A stretch of 50,782 nt of DNA, taken from positions 1-50,782 of the IMG/VR virus record IMGVR_UViG_3300048589_000933. The stretch is one strand, 5' to 3'. The DNA comes from a virus (lineage: Duplodnaviria; Caudoviricetes). Shown piece by piece: positions 36,276 to 45,575 of the stretch (position 1 is its first letter; each line of letters begins with the position of its first letter). The position numbers and the translations under genes were made by a program. Under the pieces are notes generated by a model. The model searched no databases. It was not told the DNA's origin and worked only from the letters and a program-made list of their open reading frames with translations.

Positions 36276-39200
36276 TGACGATTACCTCGCTCGACCTGCG
36301 CGTGATGCAGTCGCAACGCATGACGGACTTCTCGGACGGCGGCGGCCGGATGTCGGCGACCGAGGTGGTCGACGGACAGATGAACAACGTGTTCCCCGAT
36401 CAGTCGGATCTCGACCGCATCAACGGCCGTGTGTCGCTGCGCAAGATATTTCTGAACGTCGACACCGACAACGCCGACACGTACCTGGGCGCGTTCGGCT
36501 TTCTGACCGATCCGCCGCTTGATCCGTCTGTCGCGTGCCTGATCTTCACCACGCAGTCGCCCACCGACTTGCGCTCGGCTGCGCGCAGCTACGTTGAGAA
36601 CTACCGGATCAAGGGCAGTCGCTCGCAGCTGGTGCTCTACGGCACCCATCTGGCTGGGCAGAGCACGCTGCAGATGTACTGCCGTCCGACCATCGCGTCG
36701 CCCGATATCGGTGACGTGCTGTGCTTGTCGATCGAGGCCAGTGGCTACGCTGCTGCGGAGCAATTCGTTGCCGTGCAGGAGGTGCTGAGTCGGCAGACGG
36801 TGCGGTTCTACGATGCCGGCAGCAATGCCGAGTTTGACCGCGACGTGCTGATCATCCGCATCACGACAGCGCTTGGGCAGGACTTCCCAGGCCGTGACGA
36901 GCCCATCCAGGCGGCCACGGCGGCACCCACGCTGGTGCGTACGACGCAGGTGTCGGACGGCGCGCGCTATTACGGCGTGCTGCCGCTGACCGACGTGGCC
37001 GAGATCGGCGACCTGAGCGTCAAGACCGAGACGCCCTACGTGACCATCGTGCCCACCACGACGGCAGAGACGCCGCTGGTCGACCAGCTGGCAGGGCTGG
37101 GTAACGTGGCCATGATCCGCTCGGGTGCTGTGGATGCGCTGAGCTATGCCGGAAGCGTTACCGGCGCGGCAGCCACGCTGGTGCGGCGCTACCTGGGCAC
37201 GCCCTACACGCGGCGGTCGCTGTTCATCACCATCGGCGCCACGCAGCTGCGCGACGACGGACACGGCGGCATCGTGGCGGTGGATCCATCCGCCACGGGC
37301 TGGAGCGGCGAGGCGGACTACACGACCGGCGCATTCGCCGTGGCGCGCGATGTGGGGTTCAGTGGCACGCTGTCAGCCACGGCGACGCCGGCCGGTGGCG
37401 TGCTCGAGCAGGGCCAGACGTTCGCGCTGGACATCACTGCGGGCAACCGCAACACCTCATACGTGTTTCAGCTGAGCGCATCGCCGGCGCCGGGAACGGT
37501 GTCGCTGGATTATCTGGCGCTGGGCAAGTGGATCCGGCTGAGCGACACCGGTGCCGGACAGCTGGCGGGTAACGCCGGCGAGGGCAGCGCCACGCTGAAC
37601 TACTCGACGGGTACGCTGGCGGTGACGCTGGGCGCCCTGCCGGATGTGGACAGCCAGATCCTGCTGGCATGGGGCACCGACCTGCGCGCCCGCAACAGCA
37701 GCGGCGACATCACCACGCCGCCGGTGCGGCATCGGCAGGTGCTGGCGCATGGTGATGTGGTGCCTGGCACGCTGGTGATGACGTGGGAGACGGCCACCGT
37801 GGCCAAGACTGCGTCGGCCAACGCCGCCGGCGTGATCAGCGGTGACGCCTCCGGCACGATCGACGCGGTATCCGGCACGGTGCTGTTCACGACGTCGGCC
37901 AGTCCTGACGCCAACATCACCTACAGCTATGACTACGCCGAGGGCGTGCACTCGGAGACCTTCACGCCGACACCGGCCAGCGGCACGGTGTCGTTCACGC
38001 TTGGCAGCGGTGTGCCGCTGTCGGCAGGCAGCGTGCGGGCGACGTGGGTCGCGCGGCTCAGCTATCTGTATGGCACCGCCGGCGTGGCGCAGACGCAGCG
38101 CGTGATCAACGTGGTGGACGACAGCGCTGGCGCGTTCTCGCTGCCGATTGGCAACGATGGCTACGGCACCAGCAGCTTCGAGGGCACGATCAACTACACC
38201 ACGGGCGCGGTGAGTCTGGATGTGGAGGCGCTGTTGCCGTCCTGGGTGCCGACACTGCAGTCGCGGCTGCTCTCGAATGGCCGCGTGTGCACCTACATCT
38301 CTGCGTACACGCTGGAGGATCACGGCTACACGTTCCCCGCCGGCACGGCCATCGATGTGCGCTGGCAAGAGGCCGGTGCGTCGGAGATCAGCCACTCCGA
38401 GGGCCACCCGCTGCCGCCGATCGACATCTATCTGGGGCAGGGTGCGGCGGGGCCAACGGTGCCCGGCTCGCTGCGCTTCACGTTTCGTGGTCGCACATAC
38501 GTCGATCGCGCCGGTTCGCTGGTGTACGGCGTCAACAGCACGACCAACGCCGGCACCGCGGGCGGCAGCTTCGACTACGTGAGCAACGTGGCCACCATCA
38601 GCGACTTCGGCAGCGGCAGCGGCAGCACCGTGGCCATTGAGTCCATGCTCACCCGGTGGGTGAATGTGGGCGTGGCGTCGGTGCTGTTCCGCGCGCCGGG
38701 TACACCGTTGCGGCCCGGCAACTTCACCGTGCGGGCCACGACGCTGCTGGGCACGCTGCTGACGGCCAGTGCCGACATCAACGGCGTGATCACTGGCACG
38801 CTGGTGCGCGGCGAGGTGAGTTGGGGCAGTGGCGCGGCGTCGGTGAGCTTTGGCGAGTGGGTGACCGCGGCGGGCAATGAGGCAGAGCCGTGGTACGACC
38901 CGGACGGCATCGTCGAAGGTGAGGTATGGAAGCCCACCCTGGTCGACCCGTCGACGGTGTTCTTCGGCTGTGTAGTGTTTCGCTCGATTCCGGTCGACCC
39001 TGAGCTGATCGGCATCGATCCCGTGCGCTTGCCGAGCGATGGCAGGGTGGTGGCCATCCGCGCTGGCGACACCATCATCATCCACAACACGCAGGAGCTG
39101 GAGATCGCCACGCCGGTGGCCGGTACCGAGCATGATCTGGGTCGGCCCCGGCTCGCATTCTGCGAGGTGTTCGATGCGACGGGCGCGGCGGTGGAGTCGA

Positions 39201-39862
39201 TCTGGTACACGCAGGACCTCGATGCCGGCACGCACACGTGGGCAGACCCGCTGAACCTGAGCGCGTACACCATGCCGATCACGCTGCGGCATCGGATTGA
39301 AGACGCCATGCTGTGCACCGATGTGCAGATCACCGGCGAGGTGACCCTGCAGCGTGCGCTGACGCACGAGTTTGGCGAGGGCTCGCAGGTGTCGGCGGCG
39401 ATCACGTACGGCGACATGCAGGCGAGGTACACCAACCTGTTCGATCAGGCGACGTACTCCGCCGGCGTGTGGTCTGACGTGGTGGTGGGCGCCAATGCCG
39501 CCGCAACGTACAACGACGTGGTCTATCCGATCGGCATCACCAACGATGGCGCGATTGATGAGCGCTGGGCACTGGTGTTCACGTCGTCTGGCCTGATCAA
39601 CGTGATCGGTGAAAGCGTTGGCCAGGTGCTCACGTCAGCATCGATTGCCAGTACGGTCGCGCCTATCAACCCGGTGTCTGGCGAGCCGTATTTCAGCATG
39701 GCCGCGGCGGGGTTTGGGTCGGGTTGGGCGGCGGGCAACGTGATTCGGTTCAACACGATCTCGGCGACGCGGCCCACGTGGGTGGCGCGCGTCACGAAAC
39801 CCGGGCCGGTCGTCGAAGCTGATGACCGTACGCGGTATCAGGTCTATGGGAACGCTTACTGA
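36275..39862 (+). CDS. Large tail tip/baseplate structural protein
   Basis: SQRMTD..DGGGRM, repeated G.INY.TG, GIDPVRLPSDGRV, GWAAGNVIRFNT. Confidence 0.8.
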   Translation: MTITSLDLRVMQSQRMTDFSDGGGRMSATEVVDGQMNNVFPDQSDLDRINGRVSLRKIFLNVDTDNADTYLGAFGFLTDPPLDPSVACLIFTTQSPTDLRSAARSYVENYRIKGSRSQLVLYGTHLAGQSTLQMYCRPTIASPDIGDVLCLSIEASGYAAAEQFVAVQEVLSRQTVRFYDAGSNAEFDRDVLIIRITTALGQDFPGRDEPIQAATAAPTLVRTTQVSDGARYYGVLPLTDVAEIGDLSVKTETPYVTIVPTTTAETPLVDQLAGLGNVAMIRSGAVDALSYAGSVTGAAATLVRRYLGTPYTRRSLFITIGATQLRDDGHGGIVAVDPSATGWSGEADYTTGAFAVARDVGFSGTLSATATPAGGVLEQGQTFALDITAGNRNTSYVFQLSASPAPGTVSLDYLALGKWIRLSDTGAGQLAGNAGEGSATLNYSTGTLAVTLGALPDVDSQILLAWGTDLRARNSSGDITTPPVRHRQVLAHGDVVPGTLVMTWETATVAKTASANAAGVISGDASGTIDAVSGTVLFTTSASPDANITYSYDYAEGVHSETFTPTPASGTVSFTLGSGVPLSAGSVRATWVARLSYLYGTAGVAQTQRVINVVDDSAGAFSLPIGNDGYGTSSFEGTINYTTGAVSLDVEALLPSWVPTLQSRLLSNGRVCTYISAYTLEDHGYTFPAGTAIDVRWQEAGASEISHSEGHPLPPIDIYLGQGAAGPTVPGSLRFTFRGRTYVDRAGSLVYGVNSTTNAGTAGGSFDYVSNVATISDFGSGSGSTVAIESMLTRWVNVGVASVLFRAPGTPLRPGNFTVRATTLLGTLLTASADINGVITGTLVRGEVSWGSGAASVSFGEWVTAAGNEAEPWYDPDGIVEGEVWKPTLVDPSTVFFGCVVFRSIPVDPELIGIDPVRLPSDGRVVAIRAGDTIIIHNTQELEIATPVAGTEHDLGRPRLAFCEVFDATGAAVESIWYTQDLDAGTHTWADPLNLSAYTMPITLRHRIEDAMLCTDVQITGEVTLQRALTHEFGEGSQVSAAITYGDMQARYTNLFDQATYSAGVWSDVVVGANAAATYNDVVYPIGITNDGAIDERWALVFTSSGLINVIGESVGQVLTSASIASTVAPINPVSGEPYFSMAAAGFGSGWAAGNVIRFNTISATRPTWVARVTKPGPVVEADDRTRYQVYGNAY

Positions 39863-40875
39863 TGACCACTCGATACTTCCGCTGGGATGACCCGTCGGCG
39901 CCGACGCTGGACGGGCAGGCGGGCACGTTCATCGATCTGATGATCAAGTGCCTGGTGGGCACCGCCGGCGTGGCCTACGGTACCGGCGCAGACGAAAAGC
40001 TGGCAGCGGGCTGGAGCATCGCGTACCAGGATCTGCCCGGCAAGATCGTGTTTCGGAACGATCCGACGCTCGGCAGCGGGTGCTATCTGCGCATCCTGGA
40101 TGACGGCTCGGATGCGACCTACGGCGCCCGGGTGGCGCGCATGCAGGTGTACGAGTCGATGTCGGACATCGACACGGGCACGGCGGCCGCGTCGTCGATC
40201 TCGGGCGGCGTTTACATCCGCAAGTCGGAGGCGCTGAGCAGTGCGGCGCGCGTGTGGGTGGTTTGCGCGGATGAGCGAACGATGTATTTCAACCTCTACT
40301 CCGCCGGCAGCACGCCGTTGAGTGCCTCGACGGGCGATTCCTATTCGACGCTGGGTGGGGCCGGCGACTACGAGCCCATGATTGCGGGTGACCCGGGTGT
40401 GTTCGTGGCTGGGCGGCATGCCAATGGCACGATCTTCGCGGTTTCGGGCATGGTCTTGGCGGCGACGCCAGTGGCGGCGGCCGTGTCGATTGGCGTAGGC
40501 AGCTTCGGAGTTACGCGTGACACGGCGCTCAGCGCTTCTGCGAGTGCGGTAGATATTCCGTTCACAGCGGGTAGCACGACATCACAAGCGATCGGAAACT
40601 CCACTCTGGCCATGATGACGAGCCCTGCACCCGGCACGTCCGGTGACTTCTTCATTCCGGCGCTGATCAAGCAGGGGGCGGCGCTGCGCGGCAAGATGCG
40701 CGGGCTGTATGCGCCGATCACGCGCATTGCAGGCAACAAGACAATGGCCGATGAGGTGATTCCGCTGGCGGCGGGCGCCTCCCGTCTGGTGATCATGAGC
40801 GGATCGGGTATCGCCGCGGGCGGCAACTCGCAAATGCGTGGCCGCGTAGCGGTCGAGACGGACCTGGCCTGGTGA
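39862..40875 (+). CDS. Tail structural protein
   Basis: APTL.GQAG..I..L..CLV...G...AAGW motif. Confidence 0.7.
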   Translation: MTTRYFRWDDPSAPTLDGQAGTFIDLMIKCLVGTAGVAYGTGADEKLAAGWSIAYQDLPGKIVFRNDPTLGSGCYLRILDDGSDATYGARVARMQVYESMSDIDTGTAAASSISGGVYIRKSEALSSAARVWVVCADERTMYFNLYSAGSTPLSASTGDSYSTLGGAGDYEPMIAGDPGVFVAGRHANGTIFAVSGMVLAATPVAAAVSIGVGSFGVTRDTALSASASAVDIPFTAGSTTSQAIGNSTLAMMTSPAPGTSGDFFIPALIKQGAALRGKMRGLYAPITRIAGNKTMADEVIPLAAGASRLVIMSGSGIAAGGNSQMRGRVAVETDLAW

Positions 40876-40881
40876 TGCGCG

Positions 40882-41187
40882 ATGGCCGCTGATCTGACGG
40901 TGTTTCGAGTACTTGCCACCGACACTCTGCACGGTGGCCGGGGGTTGATTGCCGGGACGTTGCCGGATGGCATCGTGACGGTTGGCAGTGTGCCGACGGG
41001 CGGCTGCGAGATCGAGGTGCGCGAGCGGCTCAGCCGGCACCTGGTTGCGACAAGGCGGTCGCTACCGGATGGGTCCTACGAATTCCGGGGGCTCAATCCC
41101 GCAGAGAGGTTCGACGTCATCGCCCGGGACTGGTCGGGCACGTATGAGGACGTGATCGTCGGCGGCGTGACGCCGATCCCGTACTGA
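40882..41187 (+). CDS. Small tail-associated Ig-like protein
   Basis: DGSYEF.GL....FDVIA.D pattern. Confidence 0.65.
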   Translation: MAADLTVFRVLATDTLHGGRGLIAGTLPDGIVTVGSVPTGGCEIEVRERLSRHLVATRRSLPDGSYEFRGLNPAERFDVIARDWSGTYEDVIVGGVTPIPY

Positions 41188-41189
41188 CG

Positions 41190-43274
41190 ATGACCGTCGC
41201 CGGCGACCAGGTCGCGCTCGCGTTTGCCGCGCTGCGCAGCACGCCGGCGGGTGATCAGGTTGCGCTGGCATTTGGGCTGGAAGGCCCAGACCCGCCGCTG
41301 CCGCCGCCGGATCGGTACGCCTATGTTTCGGCGGGCATGCCCTGGGGCGTACAGCCGCGCCGCCGGCGACTACTGCGGATTCCTTATGGCCTGGCCCCGC
41401 GGGCTACAAAGGCCGTCGAAGTCCCTTGGGGCGATGCGCTGCGCGCGATCGTAGCGGCAGAGGTTCGCTGGCAACGGGTGCCGGCGGCGCGGGCGGCGGT
41501 GGATGTGCCTTGGGAGGGCGCCGCCCGGCTCGATGCTGGATCCACGGCGATGCCGTGGCAACACATCCCTCGAGTGCAGGCGGCCGCCACCATCCCGTGG
41601 TTGGGCGACATTGACCGTGCGGCGGTGGGTGCCTCGCTGCCGTGGCGCAACCCGCCCCGTCAATCGGTTGACGCGCAGTTGCCCTGGCGCATGCCTCCGC
41701 TGCACCTGACCCTGGCGGGCCTGCCATGGCGATCGGCCCCGCAGCAACCGGTGCGAGTCGTGTTGCTGTGGGGGCAGGCCGGCGCGGTGCGCTGGTTTGT
41801 GGGCTCGCCCGGCGTTGATCCACCCGGCCCGGTGCCGCCCTGGGTCAACCCTCGCCCGCCGGGTGGCAGGGTCGCGCTCAGGTTTCTATGCCCTCGCGTC
41901 GCGCCACGCGCGCTGGCCAACGCCATTCCACTTGCCTTCGGTCGCGCGCAATGCGCGATCGCGTGGCCTCGCCCCAGGAGGTACATCGTGCTCAATACTG
42001 CCAGCGTCGTGCGGCTGCCCGAGCGCACGCCCATCGCCGTCGAAAGCGGCCGCATCTCGGCTTCGCGCGACAACGCCTTTCGATCGTTCGATCTGGATCT
42101 CGCCGACCCTGCGCACCTGGCGTTGCTGCGCCCGGGTGAGGACGGCCCCAAGTCGGTCGAGATCAACCTCAACGGCTACGTGTGGACCGCCATCATTGAG
42201 AGCTGGACGCGCAACCGCCGGCACCTGCTCGATGGCGGCAGCGGCGAGACCGTGAGCGTGAGCGGGCGCAGCCGCCCCGCGCTGCTGGCCGCGCCCTGGG
42301 CGCCGGTGCGCGCGCACGTAGTGGCCGTCGACCGGCTATCGCAGCAGCTCATCGATGACGAGCTCGACGGTACGGACTTCACGGCCACGGTGCCGGCGGA
42401 CTGGAGCTGGCTGATCGACGGCGGCGCGTATCACTACGACGGCCTGACCCCGATGGATGCCATCAGCCGTGTGGCGGGCGCTGCCGGCGCCGTCGCGCTG
42501 TCGCATCCGTGGGATGACGTGATCGACATTCGCCCGGCGTACCCGGTGTCGCCATGGGCGTGGAGCGTGACACCGCCCGATGTGCAGATCCCCGTCGACG
42601 TGATCTTGCAGGACGGCCGCGGCGCGGGTGCCGGCGAGCGTGCGAGCGAGTCGATCACGATCCCGCTGTGGCCGCCCAGCGCGACCGACATGCCGCGCTT
42701 GGTCGAGCCGCTGGATCTGGTTGAGGTCGTCGAGGAGGAGTCGCACAAAGCACTGGCCGCGGCGGTGGAGATCACCTTCAGGCGCGAACGCAGCAGCAAC
42801 GGCGCGGCCGCGCTGGTGGTCGAACAGTCCATCGTGCTCGACCCGGCGCCCGCCGAGCCGCTATACAACCAGGTGCTGGTGAGCGGCGAGCAGGTGGGCG
42901 TCAGCGACCCCATCATCCGCGACGGCACCGCCGGCGACGTGCGCCTGGCGTCCGTCATTGATCCGCTGATCACCACGCACGCCGTCGCCCGCGAGCGCGG
43001 CCGCATCGCCCTCGCCGCCGGCACCGCGCAGCGCGCCTCGAGCAATCTCTGGTCGTCGCTGGTCGGCCTGCAGCCTACCGCGCCCCAGCGGAAGGGCAAC
43101 GTCACGGCATTGAACCCGGACGGCAGCTACACCATCGCCACCGCCGACGGCGGCACCCTCCGCGCCCGCCCGCTGCCTGGCCAGACGTGGGAGATTGGCG
43201 TTGGAGTGTTCATCCGCGATGGACGGATCGTGGATAGCGCCCCGTCGCTGGCCAGCGTGTCGCAGGTGGTTTGA
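41190..43274 (+). CDS. Tail protein with PW repeats; last prophage gene
   Basis: ~11-aa xPW repeats, then INLNGYVW...IE, YPVSPW, ERGR tail-hub-like motifs. Confidence 0.75.
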   Translation: MTVAGDQVALAFAALRSTPAGDQVALAFGLEGPDPPLPPPDRYAYVSAGMPWGVQPRRRRLLRIPYGLAPRATKAVEVPWGDALRAIVAAEVRWQRVPAARAAVDVPWEGAARLDAGSTAMPWQHIPRVQAAATIPWLGDIDRAAVGASLPWRNPPRQSVDAQLPWRMPPLHLTLAGLPWRSAPQQPVRVVLLWGQAGAVRWFVGSPGVDPPGPVPPWVNPRPPGGRVALRFLCPRVAPRALANAIPLAFGRAQCAIAWPRPRRYIVLNTASVVRLPERTPIAVESGRISASRDNAFRSFDLDLADPAHLALLRPGEDGPKSVEINLNGYVWTAIIESWTRNRRHLLDGGSGETVSVSGRSRPALLAAPWAPVRAHVVAVDRLSQQLIDDELDGTDFTATVPADWSWLIDGGAYHYDGLTPMDAISRVAGAAGAVALSHPWDDVIDIRPAYPVSPWAWSVTPPDVQIPVDVILQDGRGAGAGERASESITIPLWPPSATDMPRLVEPLDLVEVVEEESHKALAAAVEITFRRERSSNGAAALVVEQSIVLDPAPAEPLYNQVLVSGEQVGVSDPIIRDGTAGDVRLASVIDPLITTHAVARERGRIALAAGTAQRASSNLWSSLVGLQPTAPQRKGNVTALNPDGSYTIATADGGTLRARPLPGQTWEIGVGVFIRDGRIVDSAPSLASVSQVV

Positions 43275-43330
43275 TTACCCCGCGCGGCGCAAGGGCATTG
43301 AGGCGCAGAGAGCGGGGATAGGGTCGGTTA

Positions 43331-43346
43331 CCCGTGGGGACGCCAC
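43331..43346 (+). repeat. attR core (duplicated tRNA-Glu 3' end)
   Basis: Identical to 30-45. Confidence 0.93.
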
Positions 43347-43360
43347 ACAAGCAAAGACTT

Positions 43361-43385
43361 AGGCCACCTTCGGGTGGCTTTTTTG
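43361..43385 (+). terminator. Intrinsic terminator (native tRNA-Glu terminator displaced by the prophage)
   Basis: GCCACC-TTCG-GGTGGC followed by TTTTTT, just after attR. Confidence 0.85.
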
Positions 43386-43470
43386 TTTCTTCCGGAGCAG
43401 TTCCGGGACTGATCGTCGGTCCTCCGCAGATCCAGGGTTCCGCACCGTGTGCGCAGGCGTGGACTGCCGA

Positions 43471-43686
43471 CTACGCGACTGGCTTCTCAGCCGAAAGCGC
43501 AGAGAGCATGTCGGTCATCCACATGCCGTGACGGCCCCTCAGCGTTACCAGCGCGATCGATCCCCACGGGACTGCACCGCTGGCGGTTCGGTCCTCGATG
43601 GTGTCGCCATTGGCCAGCCTGACCCGCACGGGTGTGCCGATCGGGTGCTCGCGATTCCAGCGCTCGGCGGCGTCGTTGTGCGGCAT
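43471..43686 (-). CDS. Hypothetical protein (71 aa)
   Basis: WN..HPIGTPV.V motif; protein-like. Confidence 0.6.
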   Translation of the reverse strand: MPHNDAAERWNREHPIGTPVRVRLANGDTIEDRTASGAVPWGSIALVTLRGRHGMWMTDMLSALSAEKPVA

Positions 43687-43727
43687 GATGCGGCGATGGC
43701 TCTCGTTGCGTTTCGGGACGGCGGGGA

Positions 43728-44015
43728 TCAGGAGGCAACCCTTACCTGTTCACTGCCGATCCGGCGCAGCACCAGGGCGTGTTCGGCATCGCTTTCCGCT
43801 TCGCGCGGTCCGATCACCAGCTGCTGCAGCATGCGGCCGGCGAAGTCCTCGGCGAAGATCTCGCCAGTGTGACCCAGCTTGTTTGCCTCGATGGTGGCCA
43901 TGAAGACCGCGGCGTCCAGCGCCCGTTGCCGGGTGGGGTGGCTGCCTTGCACCTTGCCTTCGCGCATCAGGGCGTAGCGATCACTGCTGGGGACCACGTA
44001 GTAGCGGATAAGCAT
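43728..44015 (-). CDS. DUF2188-like small protein
   Basis: YYVVP..D.Y.L..EG....H.T...A...A pattern; GGAG RBS. Confidence 0.6.
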   Translation of the reverse strand: MLIRYYVVPSSDRYALMREGKVQGSHPTRQRALDAAVFMATIEANKLGHTGEIFAEDFAGRMLQQLVIGPREAESDAEHALVLRRIGSEQVRVAS

Positions 44016-44252
44016 GCGTTTCTCCAGGGTGGTCAGGCGTGTTCGCGGAGTGCCGCCGCGTGCATTCGGAAGGCCTGGTCTTCGGCGGCTTGGTGGATGT
44101 TCCGTCGATGTCCGCGAACTCCGCTCAGGGTGTAGTCGAAATGCTCGACGCGCCATCGGACGATGTCGTGACGCGGTGTAGGAAAATTCCTACACGGGCG
44201 TGCGTGTGTTGCGGGAGTTGGCGCGCGTCAGCGTCTGGATGGACCCCTCTCC

Positions 44253-44329
44253 TGTAGGAGCGGCCTTGGCCTCGGTGCGAGTCTGTCGGCAAGGGGGCTT
44301 AGGGCATCGCGCCTTCCGGCGCTCCTACA
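44253..44329. repeat. GTAG-family REP doublet (REPIN-like)
   Basis: TGTAGGAGCG ... CGCTCCTACA inverted pair in intergenic DNA. Confidence 0.7.
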
Positions 44330-44468
44330 AGGGCTGGGATGCTTTGGCCCTGGCCGTGAACTGACAAGGGCATCGCGCCGAGCCCTGTTGAAGTTTGCGA
44401 GCTTCGGCGTAAGCTCTGCTCAGGTTCGGGACAGACCCGGACCGCCACCACCACCGTGAGGGAGCCTC

Positions 44469-45518
44469 ATGGAACACGACTACTTGGTCTTCATTGGCCG
44501 CTTCGAGCCGTTTCACAACGGCCACGCCGCCGTCGCCCGCCACGCACTGGCTCGGGCACGCAAGCTGATCGTTCTGGTCGGCTCGGCCGACACCCCACGC
44601 ACCATCCGCAATCCGTGGTCCGCGTCCGAGCGGGCGGTGATGATCCGTGCCGCTTTGGGCGAGGATTCTGCACGCGTGCTGGTGCATCCCTTGCGCGACC
44701 ATCTGTACAACGAGGCGCAGTGGATCACCTCGGTGCAGCGCACGGTGGCGGAAGCCATCCGCATCGATGGCGGTGCCGAGGATGCACGCGTCGGGCTGGT
44801 CGGTCAGGACAAGGACGCCAGCAGCTATTACCTCGCCGAGTTTCCGCAATGGCCGCTGCTTGATGTACGGCGCAGTGAAACGCTGTCGGCCACCGACCTG
44901 CGGCGCTATCTGTTCGAGGCCGATGGTCCCTCCGCCTCCGGTGCCTTGCGCCTGCTCGAGGCCAATGTGCCGACGCCGGTCTACGAGATGCTCGACGCAT
45001 TTCGCCGGAGCTCGCCGGCCTATGCGCAGCTGGTTGCCGAACACCGTTTCATCGATGCCTACCGTGCCGGTTGGGCGGTCGCGCCGTATCCGCCGACCTT
45101 TGTCACCACCGATGCGGTGGTCGTCCATTCCGGCCACCTGCTGCTGGTCCGACGTCGGGCCGAACCCGGCAAGGGTCTGTGGGCGCTGCCCGGTGGCTTT
45201 GTCCAGCAGGGCGAGCGCCTGCTTGATGGCTGCCTGCGCGAGCTGCGCGAGGAGACTCGGCTGCGGGTGCCGATGCCCGTGCTGCGCGGCTCGCTGCGCG
45301 GCACGCATGTGTTCGATCACCCGGAGCGCTCGCTGCGCGGTCGCACCATCACCCACGCTTTCCACTTCGATTTTCCCACCGGCGAGCTGCCGCTGGTGCG
45401 CGGCGCCGACGATGCCGACAAGGCACGCTGGCTGCCGCTGAGCGACGTGCTGGAGATGGGCGCGCAGCTGTTCGAAGATCATCTGCACATCATCGAGTTC
45501 TTCGTCGGTCGCGGTTGA
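44469..45518 (+). CDS. nadM: Bifunctional NMN adenylyltransferase / ADP-ribose Nudix hydrolase (NadM-Nudix)
   Basis: FIGRFEPFHNGH, RNPW, LSATDLR, Nudix box LPGGF...E....CLRELREETR, FEDH. Confidence 0.93.
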   Translation: MEHDYLVFIGRFEPFHNGHAAVARHALARARKLIVLVGSADTPRTIRNPWSASERAVMIRAALGEDSARVLVHPLRDHLYNEAQWITSVQRTVAEAIRIDGGAEDARVGLVGQDKDASSYYLAEFPQWPLLDVRRSETLSATDLRRYLFEADGPSASGALRLLEANVPTPVYEMLDAFRRSSPAYAQLVAEHRFIDAYRAGWAVAPYPPTFVTTDAVVVHSGHLLLVRRRAEPGKGLWALPGGFVQQGERLLDGCLRELREETRLRVPMPVLRGSLRGTHVFDHPERSLRGRTITHAFHFDFPTGELPLVRGADDADKARWLPLSDVLEMGAQLFEDHLHIIEFFVGRG

Positions 45519-45575
45519 CCGACGTTCCGGCCGGGGACAGACCCCCGCCATCACCGACGCGAAGGAGCTTCCGTC

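Larger units (their letters stand above)
30..43346. mobile_element. Temperate siphovirus-like prophage, about 43.3 kb, apparently complete
   Basis: Flanked by a 16-bp direct repeat of the tRNA 3' end. Contains integrase, cI/cro, replication, terminase, head, lysis and non-contractile tail modules. Confidence 0.96.

Noticed and set aside
27200-43274. Remote DGR target in the tail or fibre genes
   Set aside because: No RVRAVRG-type C-terminus or TR-like sequence seen by eye; BLASTN is still needed to exclude it.
1627-43274. Stop-codon reassignment as the cause of the gene fusions
   Set aside because: The fusions contain no in-frame stops, and TGA, TAG and TAA all terminate other genes normally.
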